The position numbers and the translations under genes are program-made. A stretch of 64,000 nucleotides of DNA from Nemertoderma westbladi (lineage: Eukaryota > Animalia > Xenacoelomorpha): contig JAUCBJ010006691.1 in NCBI GenBank assembly GCA_032718475.1, positions 102,275 through 166,274 on the forward strand, written 5' to 3'. The notes beneath the pieces were generated by a model. The model made no database searches, was not told the origin of the DNA, and saw nothing but the letters and a program-made list of their open reading frames with translations. This document shows positions 11,321 to 23,589 of the stretch, piece after piece (position 1 is the stretch's first letter; every line of letters begins with the position of its first letter).

Positions 11321-12139
11321 TATAACTATGCGAAGTTTCGAAACTGTGCGAGTAACTGTTGATACATCTATGTGGATATGTGTGATATGTGGAGATGTGT
11401 GATACAACGCCAACGCATCTTATGCCGATGTAGTAATATGGGTATTGAAATAATATTAAATTAATGTACACTCTTAAAGCTGCAGCGAAAAAATGTAGCT
11501 AATTTCCTAGGTTACATATAAAATAATAATATTATTTTTAAGAACATTAATTTTACTACTTTGCAAAAATTCAATTAAAAAATAACCAGACATATACATT
11601 GTGGAATAAACTATTTCAGAAGCCTACACAACAGCCATGCCATGGATAGTATTTATGTTATGATATCTGTCATTCACCTGAGATAGCAATACAACATTTA
11701 TAGTGAATTTAAAGAATGCTGTCTGGGCTGGAATAGCAATACTGGTTGTCTATTACTATTCCTCTCTGGTTAGTCTTAGCAACAACTCCCAGCCAGCAGC
11801 AGAGACTTGACCAATAATCATTCCCAGCAACTGGGAATGACACACACATCCCATCTATGTACCAGCATGTTGGCCAATAAATGAGCAGTATTTAATGAGA
11901 ATAAATTTTTTTTGCCGTTTTAATTACTTTAGATCAATTAAAGACACAATTATTAAAGCAAATCACTTGAACTAATTAAAAACTATAATAGAATGGCGTA
12001 TGGGGATTACATCTGTATAATTTTTAATTATAATTATTTAAATCTTATACTGTAAAACAATTAATTTCCTTTAAAAGGCAGGTTGAAAATGGTGTTTTTA
12101 CCGTAATAACTTAATTAACTAATTAACTGCTATTATCTT

Positions 12140-12399
12140 AGCTTCTCGAAGGCCACACTGAAATTCTACTTGGAAAATTTCTAAACTTTTGCCAAACAAC
12201 ATGTGTACCAAGTTTGGATAGATTTCATCAAAGATTGGCCGAGTTATTAACGTTTAAAATTGAACACGACAGAACGACAGAACGACAGGTTGATTAATGG
12301 TACCACTACGCTAAGGCTCACTCACTTCGTGGCTCGCCCCACAGGTTGATTAATGGTACCACTACGCTAAGGCTCACTCACTTCGTGGCTCGCCCCACA
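12140..12399 (+). mobile_element. Non-autonomous Helentron/DINE-like element end with exact 56-bp tandem duplication
   Basis: ...gtaccaagtttgg..gatttcatc..gagttattaacg, (ACGACAGA)3 microsatellite, then 12285-12340 repeated exactly at 12341-12396 ending in GGCTCACTCACTTCGTGGCTCGCCCC. Family assignment is by resemblance only. Confidence 0.4.
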
Positions 12400-12904
12400 T
12401 TTATTATATTACGTTTATTGCATCAAGCATTTCGTCTGATAGATAGATAAATAGATAGATAGTCTGATAAATGGGGGAGTGCACGAATGCAAGAACGAGC
12501 AAAAATCGCATTTTGCTCTACCTCAATATCTAATCTTATGTCGATAAGATTAGTTTCAGTAGATATTAGTAGTATTAGATAAGAGTACCTACAAATTCAT
12601 TATAAAATACAATAGTATTTAAAGTCTGACCGTAGTGGCGGCCTAAACCCTAATTAAAACTGTCATGTAACCCTAACCCTAAGTCATAATCTAAAAAATT
12701 TAGCGGAATTTCCGACATAATTGCCATTATCGACCCGAAGGTTATTATTAACCCACGGTATAATGTCTCGAGAATAGTGAAAAAGTTCTGTTTTTTACCA
12801 TGTAGGCGTAGGGCCCTAATAAGGGTGTTTGAAAAAGGTGGACTGGACACAGAAAACATGGACAACGGACAGACCAATCAGAAACGTATTATGCAAAGCA
12901 GTTT

Positions 12905-14717
12905 GTTTTTTTTTCGAGTTTTCGTTGGTTTCATGTGAAAGAGCATGTGAAAAAACCCCAGAGAGCAATTTTACTTAAAAAAAATTAATATTGGCCGAGT
13001 TATAGCGATTTTAAAACGCAAAGTTAGCAACATCGAAAAATCAGGCCGTTTCAGAAAACTGCACTAGTGACGTCACTAGTGCAGCAGTAAATGTTCATTG
13101 GTTACTATACAATATAAATCTCTTAGTAACTAAAATAAATTGTGTAGCTAATATTTATTTAGTGTGTTTTTGTGTTGTGTTAAGAATACATTATTTGATA
13201 TCTTAATGTGGAAATTGATTCATGACAAGTTAATTATTCCAGAATAATAATTATTTTTCCCAAACTATACAGTTGTTAGCTATAAAAATAAAACACATTT
13301 TGTAGCTAAAACTGCCAGGTGGTAGATATCCAGTAGCTTATTGATGTTTTATTCAGCTTCAAAACTTAGATTACTTTGGATTAGATTGTGGATTCGCACT
13401 TAGTTAGTAGAAAGTGGACATAGTTAGTCAATGTAGCTGTAATGTATGACGTAGTAAAAATATCTTCAGCTGCCATCTCAATACAATCAGCATTAATCAG
13501 AATTTAGTTGAACTATAACTACTGTATAATTTACATTTTTTAATTATCTATTTTTTCACAATTTTGGGAAATATATATTCCTTCCAGAAGCTACGACTAC
13601 TTTTCAGTAAACTTTGCATGTACTGTATGTATATGGAATCATATGATACTTCAACTATTTCCACTTCGCTGTTTATTTCAAAAGATGGATCTGCGACGCT
13701 AAACAAGGCCCATTGTTTATTGCAAAGATGCATTTGAAATTGGATTTGTGCCATGAATTTAGCGCTTACGATATTCGATTGTGTAAGATAAGATTTTTGA
13801 ATGGCATGTTTTGATGTTGGACATTTTACTTCTACCACATGCGTTGGTTTAATTGCATCTGAAATGGCATCAAAAAATAAGATTTTGTGGTATTTTATAA
13901 AAACACTAGCTACAATATTAAAACAGTACATACCATTGAAAACAATAGCAACCACAAACATTTGTTTTTATTTTCTTTAACATTTTTTTTTCACATGTAA
14001 CTAGCCAAAATACGTCAAGAACATAAACCAATAGCCCAAAACATTATGTTTTGGTATTTTTTGGTATTTTGATATTTTTGGATGTCAAACCAAAAACAGC
14101 TATTATGAAAGGCAGAATAATGGTGACACGTGCAACACTAGTACCAGTAACACTTTACAGTGAACTGTACAAAAATTTAAATAATTTCCATCTAGTGCTA
14201 ATCTACCCATCCCGCATTGTTCGCTGTAAAAACAATAAAAAAATAGATTAATGAAACGCCTGGAAGTATTTAGCTAGCTATATTTATTTTTAGCTACATA
14301 CAGCTCTACGATACAGGCATGGACGAAATAAATATTATTCTAGAATAATTAACTTGATATGAATAATTTGCCTCCATACCGCTATCCTATAATCGATTCT
14401 TAACACAACACAAATACACATCCAAATAAATACATAGCTACATTTATTATTTGTTTTCTTTTAGATCTGCAATATTATACTTTATATTAGCCAATCAACA
14501 GCGCTTGACAACTGTTGCTGTGTTATGGCTGACGTCACTCGTGCAGTTTTCTGAAACGGCCTGATTTTTCGATGTTGCTAATTTTGCGTTTTAAAATTGC
14601 TATAACTCGGCAAATATTAATTTTTTTGAAGTAAAATTGCTCTCTGAGGTTTTTTCACATGCTCTTTCACATGAAACCAACGAAAACTCGAAAAAAAATT
14701 TCCGAGTCGTCTACCCC
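12905..14717. mobile_element. Long-TIR DNA element (Kolobok-like by inference) nested in the Mutator-like element, carrying an exonuclease fragment
   Basis: 12905-13080 is near-identical to the reverse complement of 14530-14700, with weaker inverted similarity further inward; right end GTCGTCTACCCC; left tip missing; no TSD. Confidence 0.65.
13548..13860 (-). pseudogene. YqaJ / lambda-exonuclease-like PD-(D/E)XK nuclease C-terminal fragment
   Basis: DAI...VVEVKCP...FMAQIQFQMHLCNKQWALFSV...VSYD...FWKEYIFPKI matches the D..E-x-K-CP and Q-x-Q-x-QM motifs of this family; preceded by a possible acceptor tttcAG; 5' part absent. Confidence 0.75.
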
Positions 14718-16439
14718 ATTGGTCTGTCCACCTTTTTCAAGTTTTCGCTTTCTCAGTTACATAATTGGGAATAAGATGTGTGTTTGAAAAAGGTGGACTG
14801 GACACATGCACAAACATCCAGGACCATCCAGGACACATCCACCTTTTTCAGGTTTCAATTATCTATCTATAATGGGCATGCTGGAAGCAGTTGCATTAAG
14901 AATGCTGTCGGTGTCCTAGCCGTATCTACACCCCCCCCACCCCCCCCCCCCCCATCAATAATCAAATGCTACGAAATTTGTTATAAAGATAGTTCGACAA
15001 CTTTTCGTACTTTTGGAAGGGCCAGATATTTCGGTAACAGTTCCGTTTAGAACTGCATTTTTAAAACTTACGTCATTGTTACTATGGCAACATTGAAGAG
15101 TTCTAGAACAATATAAATGTATCCAGAACATAAATAAAATATATGTTATAAAACATATAGCTCAGTAGCTTGTTATTTCTTAAATTTAAAATAGCTAGTA
15201 ATAAAAAAAATTATTTATTTATATGATATATTATTAAAAAGTTTATCTACCGGTACCAAATTAACGTTTACGGCCTCCATTTCCACTTTGAATTAGGGTT
15301 TCGGACCGCCACTCCCAAAATATGGGGACTTATTTACCTCCCTCGCTGCGCTCGTTTGTTTAATAACAGATCTCGGGATGATTATATTTCCCTCACAGTA
15401 CAATAGGTAGTTATTATAATTAACTTTATACTGTAATGAGTTAGAATAATGACGTTCAAATATATAACAATAATAATCCATAAAAACCTTCTGAAATTTT
15501 TTGAAAAACGTGGACAGAGCTGCTATAATGGGGTAATCAATCTGATTGGTCAATTCATTGCCTGTTCTTTCTCAACCCAGTCCACCTTATTCAAATTTGA
15601 AAAAGGTGGACAACAAAGCTGAAAAAGGTGGACATGCTGTGTGACGCAAATCGCCCGTGATTGGTCTGTCCGTTGTCCATGTTTTCTGTGTCTAGTCCAC
15701 CTTTTTCAAACACCCCCCTAATAACTAATTATTATAAAATAATACGAAATGAAATAAGTATTTTTTTTATATTTAATAATATTATATATTGCGTAAAAAT
15801 TTTTTTTGGTAAACAGCTCCACGTAGCACAATGCATGTAGTATACCTTAATACTAAGTTTGATTATTGTGCTTTTCAGCTACCGGTAAAGAAAATATTTC
15901 GACATTTCGTTATTATTTTCACTAACGCTGTCATCATCGGCTATACAAATTATGTTATAAATATTGATGAAATGTCTAAATATTGCGATTAACTGAAAAA
16001 TTCAAAAATAACACTTTTTCTTGATAAAGTATGCAATATGTGTCTCGGAGCGGCTTTCCACTAGGCGGGATGTGAGTCAGGAAATGTAAGGAAATTTCCT
16101 AGACATTTTTTCCTGAAATTTCCTATTATATTAATTTATTATATAATGTTTACTTTTAATAGTAAATATTTACATAAATATCCTCCTATTAATTGCATAA
16201 AATAGTAATAATACGATTTTTTTTTGAACTAAAAAAAGATTGTGACTATGTGTTTTGTCAATTTCATTATTAACTGAGACAGGGGGGGGGGGGGGTGGGG
16301 GGGGGGGGACTTGACTTAAATCCCCGCTCGGCGAATTCATATCCTGCCTCAATGTTAAATTCTCAAATTAGGGAAAGGAGCAGGTTACTGTGACAAGTTA
16401 TTTTAACCACAACAATAAAGTAAACACAATAAAGTATAC

Positions 16440-16503
16440 ATAAAATGGCTACTGCATGACAGGGCTGCAGTACTGCAGCCCTGTCATGCAGTAGCTATTT
16501 TAT
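16440..16503. repeat. 64-bp palindrome (48-bp perfect core)
   Basis: GCTACTGCATGACAGGGCTGCAGT|ACTGCAGCCCTGTCATGCAGTAGC at 16448-16495, extended by ATAAAAT/ATTTTAT past one G/T mismatch. Confidence 0.95.
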
Positions 16504-16521
16504 TATTTTATTAACATACAT

Positions 16522-16559
16522 TTTCCTGAAGAAGGCCTTAGGGCAGAAATCTATAGAAA
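16522..16559 (+). ncRNA. Degenerate minimal type I hammerhead ribozyme (Penelope-like element pseudo-LTR type)
   Basis: TTTC-CTGAAGA-AG-GCC-TTAG-GGC-A-GAAA-TCTA-TA-GAAA: CUGANGA core, stem II, GAAA, short stem III, UH site, stem I TTTC/GAAA; one mismatch at the base of stem II. Confidence 0.5.
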
Positions 16560-16882
16560 CTCATATTATTTTGTTAGTTTTGAGGGAGATAGACCCCTGG
16601 CTACCAACATTAGTGATTTCACAATTTAATACCTCCTGCTATTTTGCCAGTTTATTTTTATTCACATTCTGAAAGCACATAGGATAACACAAGTAGAGTA
16701 AACATTGGAAACAAGTGATTCCTGCTTTTAGTTGTGTTGAGGTGGTTCGTTGATTTGGTTCTGTGGTCGTAAATACGGGGGAAGTATACTTTTCCGGAAA
16801 TTTCCTTGAAAAAACATATTTCGGGAAAACCCACATCCCAAATCTCACGCGGTTACCACAAATAACTATTTTTTTATATCCC

Positions 16883-17002
16883 CTTTATTGTCCGCAAAAG
16901 AGCGGACAATAAAGACTATAAGAAACTTTACGACAAAGTTTTAAATAGTATAATAAAATAAATTGATAAAGACTTTAATGTCCGCATTTGCGGACAATAA
17001 AG
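16883..17002. repeat. Two related 13-bp-stem hairpins
   Basis: CTTTATTGTCCGC-aaaaga-GCGGACAATAAAG (16883-16914) and CTTTAATGTCCGC-attt-GCGGACAATAAAG (16973-17002); third half-site near 17029. Confidence 0.85.
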
Positions 17003-17173
17003 TAATTATCCAATCAATTTTTCAAAAATGCGGATAATAAACTATTTATAACATTTTAGATAATAGATAAATAAAAAGTTTATTCTTTTGACTCGATTAT
17101 ATTCGTTCTATTCGCACTATTTATTCAGTAATTATTACGTTGTACCGGTAATTATTAATTTATTTAGTATTAA

Positions 17174-20100
17174 AATGTTTAGGAGTAGGATTTAGATAAT
17201 GTTTAGGAGTAGGATTTAGATAATGTTTAGGAGTAGGATTTAGATAATGTTTAGGAGTAGGATTTAGATAATGTTTAGGAGTAGGATTTAGATAATGTTT
17301 AGGAGTAGGATTTAGATAATGTTTAGGAGTAGGATTTAGATAATGTTTAGGAGTAGGATTTAGATAATGTTTAGGAGTAGGATTTAGATAATGTTTAGGA
17401 GTAGGATTTAGATAATGTTTAGGAGTAGGATTTAGATAATGTTTAGGAGTAGGATTTAGGTAATGTTTAGGAGTAGGATTTAGATAATGTTTAGGAGTAG
17501 GATTTAGATAATGTTTAGGAGTAGGATTTAGATAATGTTTAGGAGTAGGATTTAGATAATGTTTAGGAGTAGGATTTAGATAATGTTTAGGAGTAGGATT
17601 TAGATAATGTTTAGGAGTAGGATTTAGATAATGTTTAGGAGTAGGATTTAGATAATGTTTAGGAGTAGGATTTAGATAATGTTTAGGAGTAGGATTTAGA
17701 TAATGTTTAGGAGTAGGATTTAGATAATGTTTAGGAGTAGGATTTAGATAATGTTTAGGAGTAGGATTTAGATAATGTTTAGGAGTTGGATTTAGATAAT
17801 GTTTAGGAGTAGGATTTAGATAATGTTTAGGAGTAGGATTTAGGTAATATTTAGGAGTAGGATTTAGATAATGTTTAGGTGTAGGATTTAGATAATGTTT
17901 AGGAGTAGGATTTAGATAATGTTTAGGAGTAGGATTTAGATAATGTTTAGGAGTAGGATTTAGATAATGTTTAGGAGTAGGATTTAGATAATGTTTAGGA
18001 TTGGATTTAGATAATGTTTAGGAGTAGGATTTAGATAATGTTTAGGTGTAGGATTTAGATAATGTTTAGGAGAAGGATTTAGATAATGTTTAGGAGTAGG
18101 ATTTAGATAATGTTTAGGAGTAGGATTTAGATAATGTTTAGGAGTAGGATTTAGATAATGTTTAGGAGTAGGATTTAGATAATGTTTAGGAGTAGGATTT
18201 AGATAATGTTTAGGAGTAGGATTTAGATAATGTTTAGGAGTAGGATTTAGATAATGTTTAGGAGTAGGATTTAGATAATGTTTAGGAGTAGGATTTAGAT
18301 AATGTTTAGGAGTAGGATTTAGATAATGTTTAGGAGTAGGATTTAGATAATGTTTAGGAGTAGGATTTAGATAATGTTTAGGAGTAGGATTTAGATAATG
18401 TTTAGGAGTAGGATTTAGAGAATGTTTAGGAGTAGGATTTAGATAATGTTTAGGAGTAGGATTTAGATAATGTTTAGGTGTAGGATTTAGATAATGTTTA
18501 GGAGTAGGATTTAGATAATGTTTAGGAGTAGGATTTAGATAATGTTTAGGAGTAGGATTTAGATAATGTTTAGGAGTAGGATTTAGATAATGTTTAGGAG
18601 TAGGATTTAGATAATGTTTAGGAGTAGGATTTAGATAATGTTTAGGAGTAGGATTTAGATAATGTTTAGGAGTAGGATTTAGATAATGTTTAGGAGTAGG
18701 ATTTAGATAATGTTTAGGAGTAGGATTTAGATAATGTTTAGGAGTAGGATTTAGATAATGTTTAGGAGTAGGATTTAGATAATGTTTAGGAGTAGGATTT
18801 AGATAATGTTTAGGAGTAGGATTTAGATAATGTTTAGGAGTAGGATTTAGATAATGTTTAGGAGTAGGATTTAGATAATGTTTAGGAGTAGGATTTAGAT
18901 AATGTTTAGGAGTAGGATTTAGATAATGTTTAGGAGTAGGATTTAGATAATGTTTAGGAGTAGGATTTAGATAATGTTTAGGAGTAGGATTTAGATAATG
19001 TTTAGGAGTAGGATTTAGATAATGTTTAGGAGTAGGATTTAGATAATGTTTAGGAGTAGGATTTAGATAATGTTTAGGAGTAGGATTTAGATAATGTTTA
19101 GGAGTAGGATTTAGATAATGTTTAGGAGTAGGATTTAGATAATGTTTAGGAGTAGGATTTAGATAATGTTTAGGAGTAGGATTTAGATAATGTTTAGGAG
19201 TAGGATTTAGATAATGTTTAGGAGTAGGATTTAGATAATGTTTAGGAGTAGGATTTAGATAATGTTTAGGAGTAGGATTTAGATAATGTTTAGGAGTAGG
19301 ATTTAGATAATGTTTAGGAGTAGGATTTAGATAATGTTTAGGAGTAGGATTTAGATAATGTTTAGGAGTAGGATTTAGATAATGTTTAGGAGTAGGATTT
19401 AGATAATGTTTAGGAGTAGGATTTAGATAATGTTTAGGAGTAGGATTTAGATAATGTTTAGGAGTAGGATTTAGATAATGTTTAGGAGTAGGATTTAGAT
19501 AATGTTTAGGAGTAGGATTTAGATAATGTTTAGGAGTAGGATTTAGATAATGTTTAGGAGTAGGATTTAGATAATGTTTAGGAGTAGGATTTAGATAATG
19601 TTTAGGAGTAGGATTTAGATAATGTTTAGGAGTAGGATTTAGATAATGTTTAGGAGTAGGATTTAGATAATGTTTAGGAGTAGGATTTAGATAATGTTTA
19701 GGAGTAGGATTTAGATAATGTTTAGGAGTAGGATTTAGATAATGTTTAGGAGTAGGATTTAGATAATGTTTAGGAGTAGGATTTAGATAATGTTTAGGAG
19801 TAGGATTTAGATAATGTTTAGGAGTAGGATTTAGATAATGTTTAGGAGTAGGATTTAGATAATGTTTAGGAGTAGGATTTAGATAATGTTTAGGAGTAGG
19901 ATTTAGATAATGTTTAGGAGTAGGATTTAGATAATGTTTAGGAGTAGGATTTAGATAATGTTTAGGAGTAGGATTTAGATAATGTTTAGGAGTAGGATTT
20001 AGATAATGTTTAGGAGTAGGATTTAGATAATGTTTAGGAGTAGGATTTAGATAATGTTTAGGAGTAGGATTTAGATAATGTTTAGGAGTAGGATTGAGAT

Positions 20101-21699
20101 AATGTTTAGGAGTAGGATTTAGATAATGTTTAGGAGTTGGATTTAGATAATGTTTAGGAGTAGGATTTAGATAATGTTTAGGAGTAGGATTTAGATAATG
20201 TTTAGGAGTAGGATTTAGATAATGTTTAGGAGTAGGATTTAGATAATGTTTAGGAGTAGGATTTAGATAATGTTTAGGAGTAGGATTTAGATAATGTTTA
20301 GGAGTAGGATTTAGATAATGTTTAGGAGTAGGATTTAGATAATGTTTAGGAGTAGGATTTAGATAATGTTTAGGAGTAGGATTTAGATAATGTTTAGGAG
20401 TAGGATTTAGATAATGTTTAGGAGTAGGATTTAGATAATGTTTAGGAGTAGGATTTAGATAATGTTTAGGAGTAGGATTTAGATAATGTTTAGGAGTAGG
20501 ATTTAGATAATGTTTAGGAGTAGGATTTAGATAATGTTTAGGAGTAGGATTTAGATAATGTTTAGGAGTAGGATTTAGATAATGTTTAGGAGTAGGATTT
20601 AGATAATGTTTAGGAGTAGGATTTAGATAATGTTTAGGAGTAGGATTTAGGTAATGTTTAGGAGTAGGATTGAGATAATGTTTAGGAGTAGGATTTAGAT
20701 AATGTTTAGGAGTAGGATTTAGATAATGTTTAGGAGTAGGATTTAGATAATGTTTAGGAGTAGGATTTAGATAATGTTTAGGAGTAGGATTTAGATAATG
20801 TTTAGGAGTAGGATTTAGATAATGTTTAGGAGTAGGATTTAGATAATGTTTAGGAGTAGGATTTAGATAATGGTTTAGTCTCGAGTAGGATTTAGATAAT
20901 GTTTAGGAGTAGGATTTAGATAATGTTTAGGAGTAGGATTTAGATAATGTTTAGGAGTAGGATTTAGATAATGTTTAGGAGTAGGATTTAGATAATGTTT
21001 AGGAGTAGGATTTAGATAATGTTTAGGAGTTGGATTTAGATAATGTTTAGGAGTAGGATTTAGATAATGTTTAGGAGTAGGATTTAGATAATGGTTTAGT
21101 CTCGAGTAGGATTTAGATAATGTTTAGGAGTAGGATTTAGATAATGTTTAGGAGTAGGATTTAGATAATGTTTAGGAGTAGGATTTAGATAATGTTTAGG
21201 AGAAGGATTTAGATAATGTTTAGGAGAAGGATTTAGATAATGTTTAGGAGTAGGATTTAGAGAATGTTTAGGAGTAGGATTTAGATAATGTTTAGGAGTA
21301 GGATTTAGATAATGTTTAGGAGTAGGATTTAGATATTGTTTAGGAGTAGGATTTAGATAATGTTTAGGAGTAGGATTTAGATAATGTTTAGGAGTAGGAT
21401 TTAGATAATGTTTAGGAGTAGGATTTAGATAATGTTTAGGAGTAGGATTTAGATAATGTTTAGGAGTAGGATTTAGATAATGTTTAGGAGTAGGATTTAG
21501 ATAATGTTTAGGAGTAGGATTTAGATAATGTTTAGGAGTAGGATTTAGGTAATGTTTAGGAGTAGGATTTAGATAATGTTTAGGAGTAGGATTTAGATAA
21601 TGTTTAGGAGTAGGATTTAGATGAGTAGGATTTAGATAATGTTTAGGAGTAGGATTTAGATAATGTTTAGGAGTAGGATTTAGATAATGGTTTAGGATT
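17174..21699. repeat. Highly homogeneous 24-bp satellite (about 4.5 kb, about 188 units)
   Basis: Unit AATGTTTAGGAGTAGGATTTAGAT, with only scattered variants. Confidence 0.98.
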
Positions 21700-21865
21700 T
21701 CATCGCAATGGGCAATACAATTAATTTTATCGCAATAAAATTGACAATATTACCCGATACCTACTTTTTCGATAAAAAAATATTATTGAATTAAAATTCT
21801 AAAAGTATGCCATAATTTCGATGGTGATTTTATTTTTTAATTGGAATAAATCATTGGCATTTTAG

Positions 21866-23470
21866 GTTCGAGATCTTCTTGGTAAGGACCAGAACCAGCG
21901 GTTGGATGTGAAGGAACGGCCGGATGTGGGAGTCTACGTGAAGGACCTATCGGCGTACGTGGTGGACAATGCGGACGATATGGATCGCATAACCACGCTC
22001 GGGAACAAAAACCGCCATGTCGGGGCGACCAACATGAACGAGCACTCCAGTCGCTCGCACGCAATATTTACAATCGCCGTAGAGTGTCAGGAGCGGGGTC
22101 CGGACGGAGAGAGTCACATCCGAGTCGGGAAACTGCACCAGGTGGACCTGGCTGGGAGCGAGAGACAGACAAAAACTGGCTCCACCGGTCAGAGACTCAA
22201 AGAGGCTACCAAGATTAATCTATCGTTGTCGACTCTAGGTAACGTTATATCTGCGTTGGTTGACGGGAAATCGACTCACATTCCTTACCGCAACTCTAAA
22301 CTAACGCGACTACTGCAGGACTCCCTGGGGGGTAACAGCAAGACATTGATGGTCGCCAACATCGGACCAGCCGAGTATAATTACGAGGAGTCCATATCGA
22401 CGCTGCGTTACGCGAACAGAGCGAAGAACATAAAAAACTCGCCGAAAATAAACGAGGATCCTAAAGATGCCCTCCTACGACAGTTTCAGAAGGAGATCGA
22501 CGATTTAAAGAAAAAGTTGGCGGAAGGGGGGGCTTATTCCGGATCAGAGTCGGAATCGGGGAGCGAGGATGGGGTGATGGGGGGCAGTGGGAAGAGGGGC
22601 CGGAAGGGGGGGAAGAGGAGGAGGTCCCAGGGGGTCGGTGGGGTTCTATCGCCGGGGAAGATAGCCGAGCTGAAAGCCGCGATAGAGAGGGAGAGGAAAC
22701 AGTTGGAACAGCAGAAAGATATGGAGGAGGTGCAACGGAACCAGGTAGCTGCTGCCCTGGCCAAGAAGGAGAACGATCTACAGAAAGCGAAGAGAGAACA
22801 GGATGTACTGCAGGATCGGTTGCAGCAGTTAGAGAGGAAGGTTATAGTCGGGGGTGAGGATCTGTTGAAAAAAGCGGAAGAGCAGGAGAGGCTATTGGAG
22901 GAGAGCGCGAAAGAGCTGGAAGTTCGTAAAGAGAAGGAAGGACTACTGCGGAAGCAGTTGGAAGAAAAGGAAGCTGAGAGGCTGGATTTAGAGGGGAAGT
23001 ATTCGTCACTGCAAGAGGAAGCTTCGGTTAAAACGAAGAAGTTGAAGAGAGTTTGGGGGATGTTGGTGGCTTCTAAAGACGAGCTTAAAGATATGAGAGT
23101 CGATCATCAGAGAGAGAAAGAGGCTTTACTCGAGAGTATAAGGGAGACAAGTAAAGACCTGAAACTCCAGTGCCTCATCGTGGACAGTTTCATTCCGGCG
23201 GATTACGAGGAGATGATTGAATCTCAACACGTTCAATGGAGCGAAGAGGTGGGTGATTGGCAGCTCAAATGCGTCGCTTACACCGGGAACAATATGCGCA
23301 AACGTACGCCGACCCCGGACCCGGAATGCGAACATAATGTGGTGGATCTCAGCCATATGTATCTTTGTTACAACATTCCGGAGGATGGGAGGGCCCGGAC
23401 CCGGGCCGCTACCTCGAGGGGGAAGAGTAGAGGGAAGAAGAAACAACACGAATACGATGGGTTGGGTTGA
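21866..23470 (+). CDS. KIF3A: Kinesin-2 subunit KIF3A, large 3' terminal exon (second half of motor, coiled-coil stalk, tail)
   Basis: Acceptor cattttAG at 21864-21865 then [25 protein letters not shown]...[15 protein letters not shown]...[54 protein letters not shown]; tail [15 protein letters not shown] is characteristic of KIF3A; stop TGA at 23468-23470. Confidence 0.93.
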   Translation, partial: VRDLLGKDQNQRLDVKERPDVGVYVKDLSAYVVDNADDMDRITTLGNKNRHVGATNMNEHSSRSHAIFTIAVECQERGPDGESHIRVGKLHQVDLAGSERQTKTGSTGQRLKEATKINLSLSTLGNVISALVDGKSTHIPYRNSKLTRLLQDSLGGNSKTLMVANIGPAEYNYEESISTLRYANRAKNIKNSPKINEDPKDALLRQFQKEIDDLKKKLAEGGAYSGSESESGSEDGVMGGSGKRGRKGGKRRRSQGVGGVLSPGKIAELKAAIERERKQLEQQKDMEEVQRNQVAAALAKKENDLQKAKREQDVLQDRLQQLERKVIVGGEDLLKKAEEQERLLEESAKELEVRKEKEGLLRKQLEEKEAERLDLEGKYSSLQEEASVKTKKLKRVWGMLVASKDELKDMRVDHQREKEALLESIRETSKDLKLQCLIVDSFIPADYEEMIESQHVQWSEEVGDWQLKCVAYTGNNMRKRTPTPDPECEHNVVDLSHMYLCYNIPEDGRARTRAATSRGKSRGKKKQHEYDGLG

Positions 23471-23589
23471 AGTAACTGCTTCACAGAAACGCGACGCAAA
23501 ATTCATTTACACAATTAATTTGCAAGAACTAATTAACACAAAGGAATGTGTGGATAAATTGAATAACTTTTGCGCCGCGCCAGTAGCAT

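Larger units (their letters stand above)
12823..15715. mobile_element. Mutator-like non-autonomous element
   Basis: About 57-bp TIR GGGTGTTTGAAAAAGGTG..ACACAGAAAACATGGACAACGGACAGACCAATCA and its inverse ending 15715; perfect 9-bp TSD CCCTAATAA at 12814-12822 and 15716-15724; internal GAAAAAGGTGGAC subterminal copies. Confidence 0.9.

Noticed and set aside
17174-21699. True or interstitial telomere
   Set aside because: Unit is 24 bp with no TTAGGG or pure TTAGG run, and it is flanked by genic DNA.
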